Source of the DNA: a virus
Strand: one strand, 5' to 3'
DNA: 6,712 nt
Virus record (IMG/VR): IMGVR_UViG_3300029783_000068
Span: 1 to 6,712 of that record
The notes under the pieces are model-generated. The model was not told the DNA's origin and made no database searches. It was given only the letters and a program-made list of their open reading frames with translations. A program made the translations under genes and the position numbers. How positions within the stretch are numbered: the first letter of the stretch is position 1; each line of letters starts with the position of its first letter. Shown in pieces: positions 5,450 to 6,712 of this stretch.

Positions 5450-5860
5450 ATGAGTAAAAGTGAAACTTTTGTTATTTCTGGAATGTCTTCAGCTATTGCT
5501 GTTGTTGTTCAACCTATAGAGTCTCTTCGGTTTTATACTGATGAAGATGGTTGTGTTCACATGAATTCTGACGTCAATTTGCTTATGAATGCTGAGCGCA
5601 TTCGCAATCAGATTGGTGAAGAGAATTATTTGAATATTGTTCGTTCTATTCAGCCTTCTCGATCTCCTTATAAGCAAAAGTTGGATGATGATGCATTGAT
5701 TTCTACTTTGAAGTCTCGTTATCTTCAGTCTCCTGCCGAAGTTGATGCTTGGATGGCTGGTCTTGATCAGAAGTATGAGGATATGGTTGCTGAGGTTAAA
5801 GCGGCTGCTATTGCTTCTCAGGTTCCTGATGATTCTCAACCTGTTCAGTCTACTGAATAA
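5450..5860 (+). CDS. putative internal scaffolding protein (VP3-like), 136 aa from ATG 5450 (alternative GTG 5441), acidic
   Basis: Lies between VP1 and VP2 as in gokushoviruses. Size is about that of VP3, with an acidic C-terminal half. Its stop overlaps the VP2 start (TAATG). The functional assignment rests on position and size only. Confidence 0.55.
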   Translation: MSKSETFVISGMSSAIAVVVQPIESLRFYTDEDGCVHMNSDVNLLMNAERIRNQIGEENYLNIVRSIQPSRSPYKQKLDDDALISTLKSRYLQSPAEVDAWMAGLDQKYEDMVAEVKAAAIASQVPDDSQPVQSTE

Positions 5861-6712
5861 TGGGCCCGCTTGTTGGTGCCGCACTTATTAAAGGTGGTTC
5901 CGGACTTCTTGGTTCTGTTTTTAATGGCAGCATGAATAAGCGTGCTGCCAAGGCTTATAACAAAGGTCAGAAGGAGATTGCCCAGATGAACAATCAATGG
6001 AATGCCGAACAGGCAGCCATTAATCGTGAGTGGCAGACCTCTGAACGTGATGCTCAGAACCAGTGGAATTTGGATCAGTGGAATCGTGAAAACGAATATA
6101 ATTCTCCGGCCGCGCAGCGTGCCCGCCTTGAAGAGGCCGGATATAATCCTTACATGAATGGACTTGATGGTAATACAGCAGGTACTGGTGTTACTTCTGC
6201 CGGTGTTTCCGGTGTAGGTAATCCTACCGCCGAAATGCCTAATCAGGTTCCTGCTGCTTTCAATATGGATTTCAGTTCTATTGGCGATGCTATTAATTCT
6301 TACTATCAGAATCAGCTTTTAGCTAATCAGGCTAAAGGACAGGATATTCAAAATACTTTTGATCTTCAGTTCGGCAGTGATTTTCGCAAAGCTCAGATAG
6401 CAAGTTTGATTGATGGTCGTTATGAGTTCTTGAACCCTTCTTACAGAAATCTTCGTGATCTTTATGCGCCTCAGCAGGCTGTTACGGATTTAAGTAAGTC
6501 CCGTCAGGAACTTGCAGGTCTTCGTACCCAGACTCAGCTTACAGCTGCTCAGGCTTTTCTTACTGGTTTACAAGGTAAAGCACAGGAGATTATGAATAAG
6601 TATTTGCCTGCTCAGCAACAGATGCAGCTTTATTCGTATTCCGCTAATTTGTTTTCTCAGTATGCGCAAGGTTTGTTGTCTTTGGCTACCATTAAGAATC
6701 GATTGGCAGAAT
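5860..6712 (+). CDS. VP2: minor capsid / DNA pilot protein (VP2/H-like), N-terminal part; truncated by the window end and continues at 1..497
   Basis: ATG 5860 overlaps the TAA of the upstream gene. The product begins with a Gly-rich N-terminus MGPLVGAALIKGGSGLLGSVFNG, followed by the Microviridae VP2 motif region ...AQRARLEEAGYNPYM. The ORF track shows no stop because the frame is open to the window end. Confidence 0.85.
   Translation, partial: MGPLVGAALIKGGSGLLGSVFNGSMNKRAAKAYNKGQKEIAQMNNQWNAEQAAINREWQTSERDAQNQWNLDQWNRENEYNSPAAQRARLEEAGYNPYMNGLDGNTAGTGVTSAGVSGVGNPTAEMPNQVPAAFNMDFSSIGDAINSYYQNQLLANQAKGQDIQNTFDLQFGSDFRKAQIASLIDGRYEFLNPSYRNLRDLYAPQQAVTDLSKSRQELAGLRTQTQLTAAQAFLTGLQGKAQEIMNKYLPAQQQMQLYSYSANLFSQYAQGLLSLATIKNRLAE
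6614..6712. repeat. 99-nt terminal redundancy of the window (identical to 1-99), reflecting a circular 6613-nt genome
   Basis: Exact 99/99 identity. The VP2 frame is continuous across the junction. Confidence 0.95.

Noticed and set aside
5538-5544. CTGATGA hammerhead-like core
   Set aside because: A single heptamer inside a well-supported CDS with no flanking helices. Consistent with chance.

Overview
The window is one complete circular ssDNA Microviridae genome (gokushovirus/alpavirus-like, unit length 6613 nt) plus 99 nt of wrap-around: bases 6614-6712 exactly repeat 1-99. All genes are on the + strand, with strongly T-rich third codon positions and no Shine-Dalgarno sequences. Recognisable genes are the major capsid protein VP1 (3573-5438), a VP3-like putative scaffold protein (5450-5860), the minor capsid/pilot protein VP2 (5860 across the circular junction to 497) and the rolling-circle replication initiator VP4 (1753-3354, HUH motifs I-III present). 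Three small T3-biased ORFs of unknown function lie at 623-898, 1548-1742 and 3347-3568. The most unusual element is a ~460-nt ORF-free, GC-enriched region (899-1378) packed with short GC hairpins. At least six of them carry C-GAA-G triloops (CGAAG six times in 400 nt), one being the canonical ultra-stable d(GCGAAGC) mini-hairpin. The region also has an 11-nt direct repeat CGTAAACATCC 99 nt apart and a 9-bp palindromic hairpin adjoining an AT-rich tract. I interpret it as a structured ssDNA element, most plausibly the complementary-strand origin/primosome recognition region with possible iterons, which as far as I know is undescribed for this virus group. A Bacteroidetes-type promoter match (TTTG-19nt-TAtcTTTG) and the absence of SD sequences point to a Bacteroidota host. 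Antisense ORFs and +1-frame hydrophobic ORFs are artefacts of the T3 codon bias.
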